A stretch of DNA of 64,000 bases, from the NCBI GenBank assembly GCA_044341565.1, contig JBIIRM010000005.1:882-64881 (forward strand), given 5' to 3'. The translations under genes and the position numbers were made by a program. The stretch is from Minisyncoccia bacterium. GTDB lineage: Bacteria; Patescibacteriota; Minisyncoccia; SW-4-49-11. Below are positions 36,626-47,151 of the stretch, piece by piece; within the stretch, counting starts at the first letter, position 1; every line of letters starts with the position of its first letter. The notes under the pieces are model-generated. The model was given only the letters and a program-made list of their open reading frames with translations. It was not told the DNA's origin and did no database searches.

Positions 36626-38353
36626 TTATGTGGTTTGTTGACTTTGCCAAATTTGTCTATATTCAATAGAGGACTTCAATAATTCTGTATGTGTACCTGT
36701 AGCAAGAAGTTCCCCTTCCATAATCACAATGATTTGATCATAATCTTGAATTGGTTCAATTTTTTGAGTAATGGATATAAGAGTAATATCTGGATAATTG
36801 GTAAACAATGAAGCAATTATTTCTTTTTCTGTCTTTAGGTCTACTCTTGCTGTAAAATCATCCAATAAGAGTATTTTTGGACTTCTTACAAGGGCGCGAG
36901 CTAGCATTATACGTTGTTTTTGTCCTCCTGAGAGATTGGTTCCACGCTCACTGATTTGCGTCGCAAGCTTATTAGGAAGATTCTCTATAATTTCAGAAAC
37001 ATTGGTAGTATTTAATGCCTTTTGTAGTTCTTCTTCTGATATACTTTGGTTAAATACAATATTATCAGTAAGCGAAGAATTAAACAAAATACTTTCTTGA
37101 AATACTAATCCCATAGTTTTAAATATATATTTAGGATCCCATTGATTAAGCGGAATATCATCTATTAAAATCTGTCCTCCACTTGGCTGAATAAGACCTG
37201 TGAGAAGAGATAATATGAGGCTTTTACCGGATCCTGTTGGTCCAATTATAGCATTTTTGGTTTGAGAATTAATCGCAAATGAAATATCTTTTAATAATGA
37301 CTTTCCATCAATTTCATAACATACCTTATCAAACACAATATTTCCTTTTACTTCTTGGCGGATTAAGGTTGACTCATCAATAGCTGGGCCTTCGGGAGCT
37401 TGTAATACCTCTTGTATACGAGATAATGATACAAGTCCGCGAGATATAAAGCTACTTACAAATCCCAGTATAAAAATTGGAGTAATCAAAAGATTAAAAT
37501 AGGAAATAAAGGCACTAAATTCTCCCAGAGTTAAATCTACTACCATTACCTGCCTCCCTCCAAACCAAATAATAGATATAATAGCAAAATTTGAAACTAA
37601 ATTAATAGCAGGAATAAGGCTTGCAAACAAATTGGTGATTTTAAATCCAATATCACGCCCTTTTGTATTTACCTCATCAAATTTACCATTTTCATAACTT
37701 TGAGCATTTAATACTCGAATTAGCATAGCCCCAATAACACTTTCATTAATAACTTTATTAATATTACCAAGAATTTCCTGCGCCGCACGGAATAATGAAG
37801 AGATATTCTTAAAAATAAAAACAAATACTCCAATAATAAGTGGTAGTGAGAGTATTGCAATAAAGGCTAATTTTACATTAATACTAAATATTAAAATAAC
37901 ACTTCCAATCAATATAATAATAGCTGAGAATACACTAGCAAATCCCTGGGAAATAATATCTTTAACCTGCTCAGTATCTGATGTAATATTGGTGAATAAA
38001 TCAGAAGATTCACGCTTATTTACAAAACTAATTGGTTGAGATACTATTTTTCGAATTAAATCTGCTCGTAAATCTTTAGCTACTCTCTCTGAGACATATA
38101 CACTAATTATGATTTGTAGGAGAGTAAGAATTAATACCCCGACAGCAATTCCTGCCAAAAGCCATAAATCTCCGGTAATATTATAATTAGCTCCATTTTT
38201 ACTAAAATTATCAATACTAGCTCCTAATATACGTGGAATTAGAAGAGTAGCCCCATTAGATAAAAATAAGAATATAATTAATACTATTGTCCAACCTATA
38301 TATGGCTTGAGAAAAGTAAAATCAATTTTTGGCTTTTGGGGAGCTTGTTTCAT
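36626..38353 (-). CDS. ABC exporter permease/ATPase fusion (half-transporter), canonical motifs; likely heterodimer partner of 34860..36623
   Basis: Walker A GPTGSGKS, signature LSGGQKQRI, Walker B LLLDDFT. Confidence 0.85.
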   Translation of the reverse strand: MKQAPQKPKIDFTFLKPYIGWTIVLIIFLFLSNGATLLIPRILGASIDNFSKNGANYNITGDLWLLAGIAVGVLILTLLQIIISVYVSERVAKDLRADLIRKIVSQPISFVNKRESSDLFTNITSDTEQVKDIISQGFASVFSAIIILIGSVILIFSINVKLAFIAILSLPLIIGVFVFIFKNISSLFRAAQEILGNINKVINESVIGAMLIRVLNAQSYENGKFDEVNTKGRDIGFKITNLFASLIPAINLVSNFAIISIIWFGGRQVMVVDLTLGEFSAFISYFNLLITPIFILGFVSSFISRGLVSLSRIQEVLQAPEGPAIDESTLIRQEVKGNIVFDKVCYEIDGKSLLKDISFAINSQTKNAIIGPTGSGKSLILSLLTGLIQPSGGQILIDDIPLNQWDPKYIFKTMGLVFQESILFNSSLTDNIVFNQSISEEELQKALNTTNVSEIIENLPNKLATQISERGTNLSGGQKQRIMLARALVRSPKILLLDDFTARVDLKTEKEIIASLFTNYPDITLISITQKIEPIQDYDQIIVIMEGELLATGTHTELLKSSIEYRQIWQSQQTT

Positions 38354-38391
38354 CTATTTAGTATACGCCTATTGTGGTTAAAAATCAAAAA

Positions 38392-40047
38392 CTAACTTCT
38401 ATCAATAAATTCTTCTCTTGAGCTGGCATCTGGTTTTGTAATAGTATTAGGGATAAGTGCTGATAATAATGGTTCACTTTCAGCCCCAAGACGTGCTAAT
38501 TCATAGGCTAAATAGCGATAATTAATATGCCCTCCTGGTCGCACTCGAAGTTGTGTCATATAGCTGATTTCTTTTGGAGAGGCATGAAAAATACTGATAA
38601 AAATATGTCCAAAGGGTAATAATTGCGTCCAGAGATATTGAGGAAACCATGTATATTCACGAGTAAGTGCAACAAAGTCCTGCAATTTGACATAATACCC
38701 TTGTAAATCCTTCTCAAATTCCTCGCGAATAGAGGTGAATACAGGGTTATCAGTGAGATATAATGGTAAGGTATAGCCATTATATAATGATGCCTCATAA
38801 TTCTCAGTGCTAAGAGTTGGAATATATCGTCCCCATGCACGATGACGATTCAAATCTCTAAGCTCGGAATTAGAGCTCATCAGTACAAAGCTATGAGTAT
38901 TTACCCGAAACAAATTACCCATTTGCTTATGATGATTAAAGTCTTTGAATAGTATTTGAGATATAGTTTTTTCCTGCTCTTCTGTGAGTGTTTCAGTCCA
39001 ATCTAGTACTGATTTAACACTTGCATTTGGATATAGGGTAAGAATATTCTGAAAGAGAATTTTAATCCCTGTACTTAAATTAATATCTAATAATTCAACA
39101 TTGAGATTATGATAGCCAATAGTTTCTGATATCTCTAAATATTGCTCTATTTTTAATTCCTCATTAAGATATGTTTTAAGTTCACTAAGATTATTGCGTG
39201 TAATGGTATCTGCCTGAGTATGACGAATTAAATCAGGAGCTTCTGCAGTATAGTTAATTTCCTTTGCATAGGCTTCATCTGGCGCAAATAATACTTCTAA
39301 TTGCTCAGCTAAATATACTAATTCTTGTTCTGCAGAGGCTTTAAACACAGAGATTAATCGAGCCCATTCCCGAGCTGAGGTAATATAGGCAAGAGAAGTT
39401 TTATTCATAAGCCCTGAGGGGAGAAAATATCGGGTAGAGTCAAATACCCGAGCTGTAAGAGCTCCCGTCTCTGATTTATTATTCTCATCAATACCATAGC
39501 CTTTAATATAGGTACTGGTTAATTCAGCCTGCCAATATTTATATTTATCAAGAGCATATTGTTGTAAATCTAAGAGAGATTCATTCACCTTATCATAATT
39601 CTCTGCATCAGAATTAATACCGAGACTATTGAGTCCAAGTGGTTTACTATTCCCAAAATCTTGATATCGAGTTGAGCGCTGTTGCCCACCTCCTACACTG
39701 GTTTCATTAAAGAAAATTGTAGAATAATGATCGGGAATTTGCTCAATATAGGCAAATAGTTGAGCCATATCAGCTACTGAAGAATGGCCATAATTACGAA
39801 ATATATTGGCTAATTTTTCATTGGCATTACTTCCTGCAGCTTGAATTTCTTGGAATAATTCCTCTGCAGATAATGCTGAGCGAGAAAATCTTGCTCCAGC
39901 AAAAGCCATAATAGAGGCTGTTTGCTTACCCGCATTCGGAAGAGCGGTTCTGACAGTGTATCCTGTGCGAGTATCAGTCACTGAGACAATAACTAAATCG
40001 GTTTTATCTGGGTCTGAGACCGTGAATGTAAAATGCTCATATGCCAT
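38392..40047 (-). CDS. Hypothetical large protein (550 aa) immediately downstream of dcd; weak ThyX-like RHR motif
   Basis: Start taken at MAYEHFTF (40047), 1 nt after the dcd stop. Contains ...SELRDLNRHRAWGRY..., reminiscent of the ThyX RHR-x-RY signature but with different spacing. No confident family assignment. Confidence 0.45.
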   Translation of the reverse strand: MAYEHFTFTVSDPDKTDLVIVSVTDTRTGYTVRTALPNAGKQTASIMAFAGARFSRSALSAEELFQEIQAAGSNANEKLANIFRNYGHSSVADMAQLFAYIEQIPDHYSTIFFNETSVGGGQQRSTRYQDFGNSKPLGLNSLGINSDAENYDKVNESLLDLQQYALDKYKYWQAELTSTYIKGYGIDENNKSETGALTARVFDSTRYFLPSGLMNKTSLAYITSAREWARLISVFKASAEQELVYLAEQLEVLFAPDEAYAKEINYTAEAPDLIRHTQADTITRNNLSELKTYLNEELKIEQYLEISETIGYHNLNVELLDINLSTGIKILFQNILTLYPNASVKSVLDWTETLTEEQEKTISQILFKDFNHHKQMGNLFRVNTHSFVLMSSNSELRDLNRHRAWGRYIPTLSTENYEASLYNGYTLPLYLTDNPVFTSIREEFEKDLQGYYVKLQDFVALTREYTWFPQYLWTQLLPFGHIFISIFHASPKEISYMTQLRVRPGGHINYRYLAYELARLGAESEPLLSALIPNTITKPDASSREEFIDRS

Positions 40048-40048
40048 A

Positions 40049-40627
40049 TTATTCTTCTTTATTTTCAAAATTTTTATGCATATCACTTGCTTGTACTCCT
40101 CTTGAGTCATAATATTTACTTCCTAGAGAGGCTGATCCATAAGGATTTTGGGCAGGATTTTTGAGCTCATAAAAAGCAATTTGAGCAATTTTCATTTCTG
40201 GATAAAGCCGAATTGGTACCGTATTGGTATTTACAAATTCAAGAGTGGCATTGAGTTTATTCCCGGGGTCAATAAATCCAGCTGTGGTATGTACTATTAA
40301 TCCGTATCGAGCAAGAGAACTTTTTCCCATAATTTGACAGGCATATTTCTCATTACATCCAAAATAATCTTTGGTTACCCCTAATACAAATTGACCTGGA
40401 TGAATTACAAAATACTCTTCCTTATCTGTTAATATAACTTTTTCCATAAATTCATGTACTGATTTCTTGGGGTCAATATATTCAAATTTGTGACTATTAA
40501 AAATCATAAATTCATATCCAAGTAAAACATCATAGCTAGCAGGTTGAAGTCGAGCTTCATCAAAATCATTAATGATAATATCCCCTAATTCGATTCCCTT
40601 CTTCATATCGACATCAGATAATTGCAT
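40049..40627 (-). CDS. dcd: dCTP deaminase
   Basis: GKSSLARYGLIVHTTAGFIDPG matches the Dcd/dUTPase-fold catalytic block. 192 aa. Confidence 0.85.
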   Translation of the reverse strand: MQLSDVDMKKGIELGDIIINDFDEARLQPASYDVLLGYEFMIFNSHKFEYIDPKKSVHEFMEKVILTDKEEYFVIHPGQFVLGVTKDYFGCNEKYACQIMGKSSLARYGLIVHTTAGFIDPGNKLNATLEFVNTNTVPIRLYPEMKIAQIAFYELKNPAQNPYGSASLGSKYYDSRGVQASDMHKNFENKEE

Positions 40628-40638
40628 AATGAGATAAA

Positions 40639-41568
40639 TTAAACCTTTAGATACCGATTAATAGCAATAAGAGTACTCCCTACTCCCAAAGCAATTCCGA
40701 CAGCCAATTGCACCCCAATAATTACAAAAGCATTGCTCAGCACATAACTACTTGGTGATTGAGCTCCATCTACAAAGGCGGTAATTGGACCCGAAATAGC
40801 AAGCACCACAATAAAGAGTATTAGAAAGCTAATAAATGTTCCAAATATTCCAAATAATATTCCTTCCACAAAAAATGGCCCCTTAATTTGAGCATCACTA
40901 GCTCCAACCAAACGCATAATTTCAATTTCTTGCCGATAAGAATATAATGTAAGCCGAATAGTATTATAGGTAATTAATACTGCAATAGTAGCAAGTACAA
41001 TGATTACACTAATTCCCACATTGCGAGTGACACTAATAATTTTATTTAATTTATCAATAATTTCTTTTGAGGTTGATTTTTGGAAATCAGTTTCTTGAAT
41101 AACAGTCTCCTTATATTGAGATTCTAGGAGATTATTATTAATTTTCTCATAAAATTTACTATCCTCGGCTTGTATTGCCAAGGTTACCGGGAGAGGATTA
41201 GTGTCTAACACCTGTAATGATTGTAAAATAGAAGGATTGTCCTGATAGGTTTCTTTGAACTTATCTAAAGCTTCTTCTTTGGTTACCAAATCAATTTCTC
41301 TTACCCCCTCAATACCTTTTACATAATTTTGGAACTCATCTATTTGAGTTTGTTCTATCCCATCTTTTAGGTATATACTTATATTTACTTTATTTTGTAC
41401 ACTAGTCAAAGCATCACTACTAATTTGATTAATTACCATAAAAAATCCCAGTCCAAATAGAGTGAGCACCATAATACTAGTTGTAGCAATAGATAAGAAT
41501 AAATTACGTCCAAAATTTTGAAATCCGTATGTAATGCTGCGTATGATATTAGTAAAGAATGAGTCCAT
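40639..41568 (-). CDS. ftsX: Cell division permease FtsX
   Basis: 4-TM FtsX layout with a large extracellular loop after TM1; lies directly downstream of ftsE. Confidence 0.8.
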   Translation of the reverse strand: MDSFFTNIIRSITYGFQNFGRNLFLSIATTSIMVLTLFGLGFFMVINQISSDALTSVQNKVNISIYLKDGIEQTQIDEFQNYVKGIEGVREIDLVTKEEALDKFKETYQDNPSILQSLQVLDTNPLPVTLAIQAEDSKFYEKINNNLLESQYKETVIQETDFQKSTSKEIIDKLNKIISVTRNVGISVIIVLATIAVLITYNTIRLTLYSYRQEIEIMRLVGASDAQIKGPFFVEGILFGIFGTFISFLILFIVVLAISGPITAFVDGAQSPSSYVLSNAFVIIGVQLAVGIALGVGSTLIAINRYLKV

Positions 41569-41583
41569 AAATTTTATATTGAT

Positions 41584-42270
41584 TTAGATAATATATTTTC
41601 CGTCTAGGCTATCACGAATAATTTTACCTTTATCGAGGCTAATAACACGCTTATTAATACTATTTACCACTTCTTTATTATGTGTTGCAAAAATAATAGT
41701 AGTTTTTAATTGTTCATTAATTTTGAGTAGTAAATTCACAATATCCCAGCTATTAAATACATCGAGATTTCCTGTTGGTTCATCTGCTAATAATACAGCC
41801 GGCTCATTGATAAGAGCCCTCGCTATCGCTATTCTTTGTCTTTCTCCTCCTGATAATTGATTAGGGAATTTATTAGCCTTAGCTCCCATACCTACAATAT
41901 TCAAAAATCGTGGAACTTTGCGACCAATTTCAACACTATCTTTACCTAGAATTTCCATCGCAAAAGCAATATTTTCAAAAGCAGTTTTTTGGGCTAATAA
42001 TTTAAAATCTTGAAAAATAATACCGAGAGAACGTCTATGTTTTGGCAAATCTTTATATCTCAAATCATTAATACGGGTTTTTCCTAAATACACCTCTCCT
42101 TTATCTGGTCTCTGCTCACCTGTAATCAGTTTCATCAGAGTGGACTTACCAGCACCACTTTGCCCAACAAGTACTACAAATTCTCCATCTTCTATCTTGA
42201 GATTAATATTTTCAATTGCAAAGGCTTCCTCTTCGCCATATTTTTTGGTTACATTTTTGAATAAAATCAT
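41584..42270 (-). CDS. ftsE: Cell division ATP-binding protein FtsE
   Basis: Walker A GQSGAGKST, signature LSGGERQRIAIARAL, Walker B VLLADEPTGNLD. Confidence 0.9.
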   Translation of the reverse strand: MILFKNVTKKYGEEEAFAIENINLKIEDGEFVVLVGQSGAGKSTLMKLITGEQRPDKGEVYLGKTRINDLRYKDLPKHRRSLGIIFQDFKLLAQKTAFENIAFAMEILGKDSVEIGRKVPRFLNIVGMGAKANKFPNQLSGGERQRIAIARALINEPAVLLADEPTGNLDVFNSWDIVNLLLKINEQLKTTIIFATHNKEVVNSINKRVISLDKGKIIRDSLDGKYII

Positions 42271-42285
42271 AGAATCTATTAATCT

Positions 42286-43359
42286 TTATTTAGCTATAAG
42301 TACTGATGTAATAATTTCCTCTAAATTCCCCGCCAAAACTCCATCTACATCTGTTGTTTCAAATCCACTACGCTGATCTTTTACTAATTTATAGGGATTC
42401 AATACATATGATCGAATATGATTTCCCCATGAAATAGATATATCTTCGGTATAGTCGGCTTGCTCTTGTTTTCTCTCAGCTTGTTTTAATTCCCATAATT
42501 TAGCTTTGAGAATACTCATTGCCAAGGCTTTATTTTGCAATTGAGAGCGTTCAGTTTGAATTGCTACCACAATATTAGTAGGCATATGCGTTATACGAAC
42601 AGCGGAATCGGTGGTATTAACACTTTGCCCGCCTGCCCCTTGAGAACGATATACATCAATTTTGAGATCACCCGGGCTAATAACAATATCCTGTGAGTGA
42701 ATATCTTCCATTTCTGGCAAGGCTTGCACCATTACAAATGATGTATGCCGGAGGCCCGCTGCATTAAATGGAGATACTCGCACCAGACGATGAACTCCTC
42801 GCTCTTGGCGAAAAATTCCATATGCATATTGACCTTTTATTTGTAGCAAGGAGCGTTTAATTCCAGCCTCTTGGCCTTGTATATATTCTATCACATTCAC
42901 TTCAAAATTTCGAGACTTTGCATATGAAATATACATTTTTGTTATCATTTCAGCAAAATCTTGCGCATCAACCCCTCCCGCTCCGGCTTGTATAAAGACT
43001 AAAGCATTACCAGTATCATACTCAGAATCAAAGAATAAGCTTCTCCAATATTCATTAACAAGATTATTTAGACCTTGTAATTCTTCCTCATATTCAGAAT
43101 TGATTTCTGATATGAGCTGCTCTATAAATTCTATGTTTTCTGGAATATTTTTGATATCTTGTATCTTTTTTTGAGTCTGAGACAAATATTTGAGGATATT
43201 CTGAGCCTCATCTGGATTATCCCATAATTGAGGGTTTTCTGATTTCTGCGTATATTCCTGCAAGTCTTTTTGTAAGTCCTCAAGTTGTATTCCGAGTTCA
43301 ACCTGCTTCCACTTCTCTTTTATTTCACCCAAAAGATTATAGGCTCGCTCCTGAGTCAT
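42286..43359 (-). CDS. prfB: Peptide chain release factor 2
   Basis: GGQ motif (SQGAGGQSVNTTDSAVRITHMPT) and the SPF tripeptide (RVSPFNA) specific to RF2. The frame is uninterrupted, with no programmed +1 frameshift site. Confidence 0.9.
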   Translation of the reverse strand: MTQERAYNLLGEIKEKWKQVELGIQLEDLQKDLQEYTQKSENPQLWDNPDEAQNILKYLSQTQKKIQDIKNIPENIEFIEQLISEINSEYEEELQGLNNLVNEYWRSLFFDSEYDTGNALVFIQAGAGGVDAQDFAEMITKMYISYAKSRNFEVNVIEYIQGQEAGIKRSLLQIKGQYAYGIFRQERGVHRLVRVSPFNAAGLRHTSFVMVQALPEMEDIHSQDIVISPGDLKIDVYRSQGAGGQSVNTTDSAVRITHMPTNIVVAIQTERSQLQNKALAMSILKAKLWELKQAERKQEQADYTEDISISWGNHIRSYVLNPYKLVKDQRSGFETTDVDGVLAGNLEEIITSVLIAK

Positions 43360-43362
43360 TAT

Positions 43363-43602
43363 TTATTTCTTTAAAACACTAGAAAGATGAGGAATTACCC
43401 TACGTGCAAGATGGGTGTCAGCATTAGTATATAAATTATTTTCAATATTGCGACTATATCGACTTAAACTCTCCTCAGTAACAGGCTTATACCTCCCTCC
43501 CATAATATTATAAATAGCATCATGAACTACCTTTTCATCAGGATGTCCCCTATGTATACCCGCACTTTTAGTAACCTCTTTAGCATAATCTTCTGCAATC
43601 AT
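43363..43602 (-). CDS. Hypothetical small protein
   Basis: 79-aa ORF 6 nt downstream of the preceding small ORF; possibly co-transcribed. Confidence 0.4.
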   Translation of the reverse strand: MIAEDYAKEVTKSAGIHRGHPDEKVVHDAIYNIMGGRYKPVTEESLSRYSRNIENNLYTNADTHLARRVIPHLSSVLKK

Positions 43603-43608
43603 AATATT

Positions 43609-43884
43609 TTATGTTAATTCCTCTTCAATTGCTTTAGCAAGTATTTCTATATCTTGCTCTGATATAATATCTTTTTTATTCTCAAGTAGATGAGCCTTTA
43701 TCTCATTCCATTCTTCTAGAGACACCAAATCTCTATCCTTACCATAGCGATCAAAAGCATCATCAAATACTGCTTTTATATATTCTTTTTTCTGATCACT
43801 ACTAGGTCCAGATGAAAAAAAACCACCACCCTCAAAATAGACTCTTTTTAATATTTCCTCAAATCGATACTTAGATAAATACAT
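43609..43884 (-). CDS. Hypothetical small protein
   Basis: 91-aa charged protein. Confidence 0.4.
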   Translation of the reverse strand: MYLSKYRFEEILKRVYFEGGGFFSSGPSSDQKKEYIKAVFDDAFDRYGKDRDLVSLEEWNEIKAHLLENKKDIISEQDIEILAKAIEEELT

Positions 43885-43981
43885 ATACTAACCCTTTATA
43901 CTCTTATAGTAACATAGATTTAGTGAAATTATAAGTATCTATAAGATAAATACTTATAATTATCTTGAGTTTAATATAATA

Positions 43982-44482
43982 TTATACAGATTTAATTTTT
44001 GATTTTTTGACAATAATTCCATATTCCTCTCTCAGCTCACCTATAGTTCTCTGCATAAAGGCCTCAGTTTCTAATACAGGCCATTTTTTCTTCATTCTCA
44101 AAGAAAGATATAGGCAATATGGGATATACCAAATATGTAAAGTCATGGTGGAAAAAACCTTCCAAAATCCAAGTTTTTTCAGAATATCAAATGGTTCTTT
44201 ACTAATTTCATTATTAGATACCATGGCATAATACTCTTTTAAAGTAAGATTTACACAAAAAAATGTAGTGATTTCTACCCTAAACTCCCCTTTTAAACTT
44301 GTATCGCAACCAAAAACTATATGCATGATATCATGTGATTTCATAGTTTCTTGTTGCAATTGGGTAGTATAATCATTCCACCGAGTAAATATAGGGTTTA
44401 GCTCATAATGTTGCTCCAAAGCGGACTCAAGAGTTAGGGAATTTATAGCCGAGGTATAAAAATTTTGATATGTATTTTTCAT
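43982..44482 (-). CDS. Hypothetical protein
   Basis: 166-aa ORF with no recognized motif. Confidence 0.45.
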   Translation of the reverse strand: MKNTYQNFYTSAINSLTLESALEQHYELNPIFTRWNDYTTQLQQETMKSHDIMHIVFGCDTSLKGEFRVEITTFFCVNLTLKEYYAMVSNNEISKEPFDILKKLGFWKVFSTMTLHIWYIPYCLYLSLRMKKKWPVLETEAFMQRTIGELREEYGIIVKKSKIKSV

Positions 44483-44555
44483 ATTGAATGAATTTTATAT
44501 TGTTTTTATTCTAATATATATCTTATATTATATCGCAAAAATAGCTATAATTCAA

Positions 44556-45626
44556 TTATACATTGAATTTAAAATGACATATATCCCCATCCTGGATTAT
44601 ATAGGATTTCCCCTCTTGCCTGAGTTTACCTTGTTGCCTGGCACCAGACTCACCCCCACAATCAATAAAATCCTGATAGGATATAATATCTGCCATAATA
44701 AAACCTCTTTCAATATCTGAGTGAATTACTCCACCAGCCTGAGGAGCTAAAGTTCCTCGCTCTACAGTCCAAGCTCTGGTTTCCTGAGGACCCGTGGTCA
44801 AAAATGATATTAAGTTAAGTAAATCATATCCCGCTCGAATCAATACATCAAGCCCACTGATATCTCGGCCAAGCATATTGAGATACTCTTTTTGCTCTTC
44901 CTCTTCCATTAAACTAATTTCTGATTCAATTTTTATTGATAAAGGGATAATAGATTTACCTAAGTTATTTACTAAATCATCATCTAGGGTATATGTCTCA
45001 TCTGTATTTACTACATAAAGCATTGGCTTAGCGGTAAGAAAACTATATGACTTGATAGCGAATAATTCTTCTACCTCTAGCCCAGCATCTCGAATAGCAG
45101 TTCCTGATTCAATTAGGGGCAGAATTTTTTGTAATATTGGCAATACTTCCAGGGATAAAGCATCTTTTGACTTAGCTTTTTTCTCTACTTGTGGGAGAGC
45201 CTTGGTAATCTGGTCTAAATCAGCCAATAATAGTTCGGTATTAATTATATCAGCGTCCTCCAAAGGATGTATTCTATTCTCTACATGCGTAATGTCATCA
45301 TTATGAAAACTTCTAATAACATGACAAATAGCGTCTACTGATCGGATATTTGCTAAAAAGGCATTCCCAAGCCCCTCTCCTTTAGACGCACCTCTTACTA
45401 GCCCTGCAATATCAATAAATTCTATGGTTGTAGGTAAAACTTTGAGAGACCCAGATATATCGGCCAAAGCCTGAAGCCGGCTATCTGGTACGGGAACCGT
45501 ACCAATATTAGGCTCAATAGTACAAAAAGGATAATTCTCGGCTGAGACTTGTTTTTTGGTTAAGGTTTGGAATAAAGTTGATTTTCCAACATTCGGAAGT
45601 CCTACTATTCCAATAGATAATGACAT
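44556..45626 (-). CDS. ychF: Ribosome-binding ATPase YchF (Obg-family GTPase fold)
   Basis: IGIVGLPNVGKSTLFQTLT P-loop, with the YchF N-terminal block and a C-terminal TGS domain. Confidence 0.9.
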   Translation of the reverse strand: MSLSIGIVGLPNVGKSTLFQTLTKKQVSAENYPFCTIEPNIGTVPVPDSRLQALADISGSLKVLPTTIEFIDIAGLVRGASKGEGLGNAFLANIRSVDAICHVIRSFHNDDITHVENRIHPLEDADIINTELLLADLDQITKALPQVEKKAKSKDALSLEVLPILQKILPLIESGTAIRDAGLEVEELFAIKSYSFLTAKPMLYVVNTDETYTLDDDLVNNLGKSIIPLSIKIESEISLMEEEEQKEYLNMLGRDISGLDVLIRAGYDLLNLISFLTTGPQETRAWTVERGTLAPQAGGVIHSDIERGFIMADIISYQDFIDCGGESGARQQGKLRQEGKSYIIQDGDICHFKFNV

Positions 45627-45729
45627 ACTATATATTATTAACTCTTATATAGCCCCCAGTATACTATATATTAAGCTTTTTTACTAGAGATATGATACAA
45701 TATATGTATCTATTTGCTCCTTAACAATT

Positions 45730-46101
45730 GTGACACATTCCTGGATTCCTTCTCTCCCTAAACAGGACTTAGGGGCACCCGATCCCAAAACCATTATCAA
45801 AGAACATCTTTTAGATTTAATCCGTAGGGATTTGACAGAAATCAATACTGATGAGTTTTCATCCATGCTTAAACTCCTTCACATCAATGTTCTCAAGCAA
45901 GTGTTTAATAAATATAGGCTTAGCGAGATTCCGCTGGAGGCAACTGAGTATTCTCGGGTTATATCAGCTCTTCACTATATAAATAATCGACTTCCATCTC
46001 ACTTTGAGGAGTTAGATGGTGACTATAAGGTAATCGATCGGCAATATAGCATTATACAAAGCTATTTAGACTCAATCATACTTCAAATTCCACAACCCTA
46101 A
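45730..46101 (+). CDS. Hypothetical protein
   Basis: 123-aa ORF ending exactly at a strong rho-independent terminator. Confidence 0.45.
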   Translation: MTHSWIPSLPKQDLGAPDPKTIIKEHLLDLIRRDLTEINTDEFSSMLKLLHINVLKQVFNKYRLSEIPLEATEYSRVISALHYINNRLPSHFEELDGDYKVIDRQYSIIQSYLDSIILQIPQP

Positions 46102-46127
46102 ACCCCGCAATCAGGGGTTTTTTCTTT
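46101..46127 (+). terminator. Rho-independent terminator
   Basis: aacccc-gcaatca-ggggtt followed by ttttcttt. Confidence 0.65.
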
Positions 46128-46245
46128 ACTATTGCTAAATATCCAATTTTATGCTATAATAACAACAAACTTCGCAAGTTCTTTCAACTTCACAATGTCT
46201 GAGTATCTACAGACAAATGTCCATTTATTAGTATTGTATAGAATA

Positions 46246-46641
46246 ATGTTATACGAAATCACCTATATCCTAAAGCCTGAGCTTACTGATGAGGAGCAAA
46301 TTGCTATCAATTCCGTAGTATCAGAGCAGATCAAATCCCTTGAGGGAAAGCCCAATGAGACCGAAAGAACATTTTCAGCCGAAAGAGGTGGAACTGATGA
46401 GAATAATCTTCGAAAATTTGCTTATCCAATTAAGCATTATAGACAAGGTTATTATTATACAAACACCTTTGAATTAGACCCAAGCAAACTCAATGAACTT
46501 GAAACATCTTTATCTCGAGAAGCTGCTATGCTACGATTCTTAATCGTAAAAGATTTTGTTGAATTAAGCGAAATTCCAGTAGAAGCTATTGCTGAGAAAG
46601 CAAAAGAAGAAACTCCTACTGAAGCTCCTAAAGTTGAATAA
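46246..46641 (+). CDS. rpsF: 30S ribosomal protein S6
   Basis: MLYEITYILKPELTDEEQ... S6 N-terminal signature. Start at the internal Met of the track ORF. Acidic C-terminal tail. Confidence 0.85.
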   Translation: MLYEITYILKPELTDEEQIAINSVVSEQIKSLEGKPNETERTFSAERGGTDENNLRKFAYPIKHYRQGYYYTNTFELDPSKLNELETSLSREAAMLRFLIVKDFVELSEIPVEAIAEKAKEETPTEAPKVE

Positions 46642-46660
46642 ACATTAATATAATTGCTGT

Positions 46661-47137
46661 ATGTATTTAAATAAAGTCTATCTTATTGGAAATCTTACTC
46701 AAGATCCTGAGTTCAAGGCTTTACCAAGTGGATCATCTGTATCAAGTTTTAGCCTCGCCACCAATCGCACATGGGTTGATAAGCAAGGACAAAAGCAAGA
46801 AACAGCTGAATATCACAATGTAGTAGCTTATGGAAAGCAGGCTGATACTATTAGCCAATATCTCAGAAAAGGTTCTCTTATCCTTGTAGAGGGAAGATTA
46901 CAAACCCGATCATGGGAAGCTCAAGATGGACAAAAAAAATATCGTACAGAAATTATCATTGAGTCATTTCAATTTGGACCAAAAGGATCATCAGGAGCAG
47001 GAGCTGCTTCAAGTCCAGCATCTAGGTCAAGCGCTCCTAAGCCTGCCGCTTCAAAACCAGTCGCTAACATTCAGGAAGAACTTCCTACTGTCAACCTAGA
47101 TGAGGATGAAATCGACTTAGAAGAAATTCCATTTTAA
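46661..47137 (+). CDS. ssb: Single-stranded DNA-binding protein
   Basis: OB-fold block ([35 protein letters not shown]...[12 protein letters not shown]) and the acidic C-terminal tail ending EEIPF. Confidence 0.9.
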   Translation: MYLNKVYLIGNLTQDPEFKALPSGSSVSSFSLATNRTWVDKQGQKQETAEYHNVVAYGKQADTISQYLRKGSLILVEGRLQTRSWEAQDGQKKYRTEIIIESFQFGPKGSSGAGAASSPASRSSAPKPAASKPVANIQEELPTVNLDEDEIDLEEIPF

Positions 47138-47151
47138 TTAATTTACCACGT

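Noticed and set aside
42286-43359. Programmed +1 frameshift in prfB
   Set aside because: The RF2 reading frame is continuous from Met to stop, with no in-frame UGA after a CUU codon. This copy does not use the autoregulatory frameshift.
43363-43884. Two adjacent small ORFs (91 + 79 aa) as a toxin-antitoxin pair, or as a single frameshifted gene
   Set aside because: No recognizable TA family motifs in either ORF. They are in different frames with a clean stop and a 6-nt spacer, so they are kept as two hypothetical genes.
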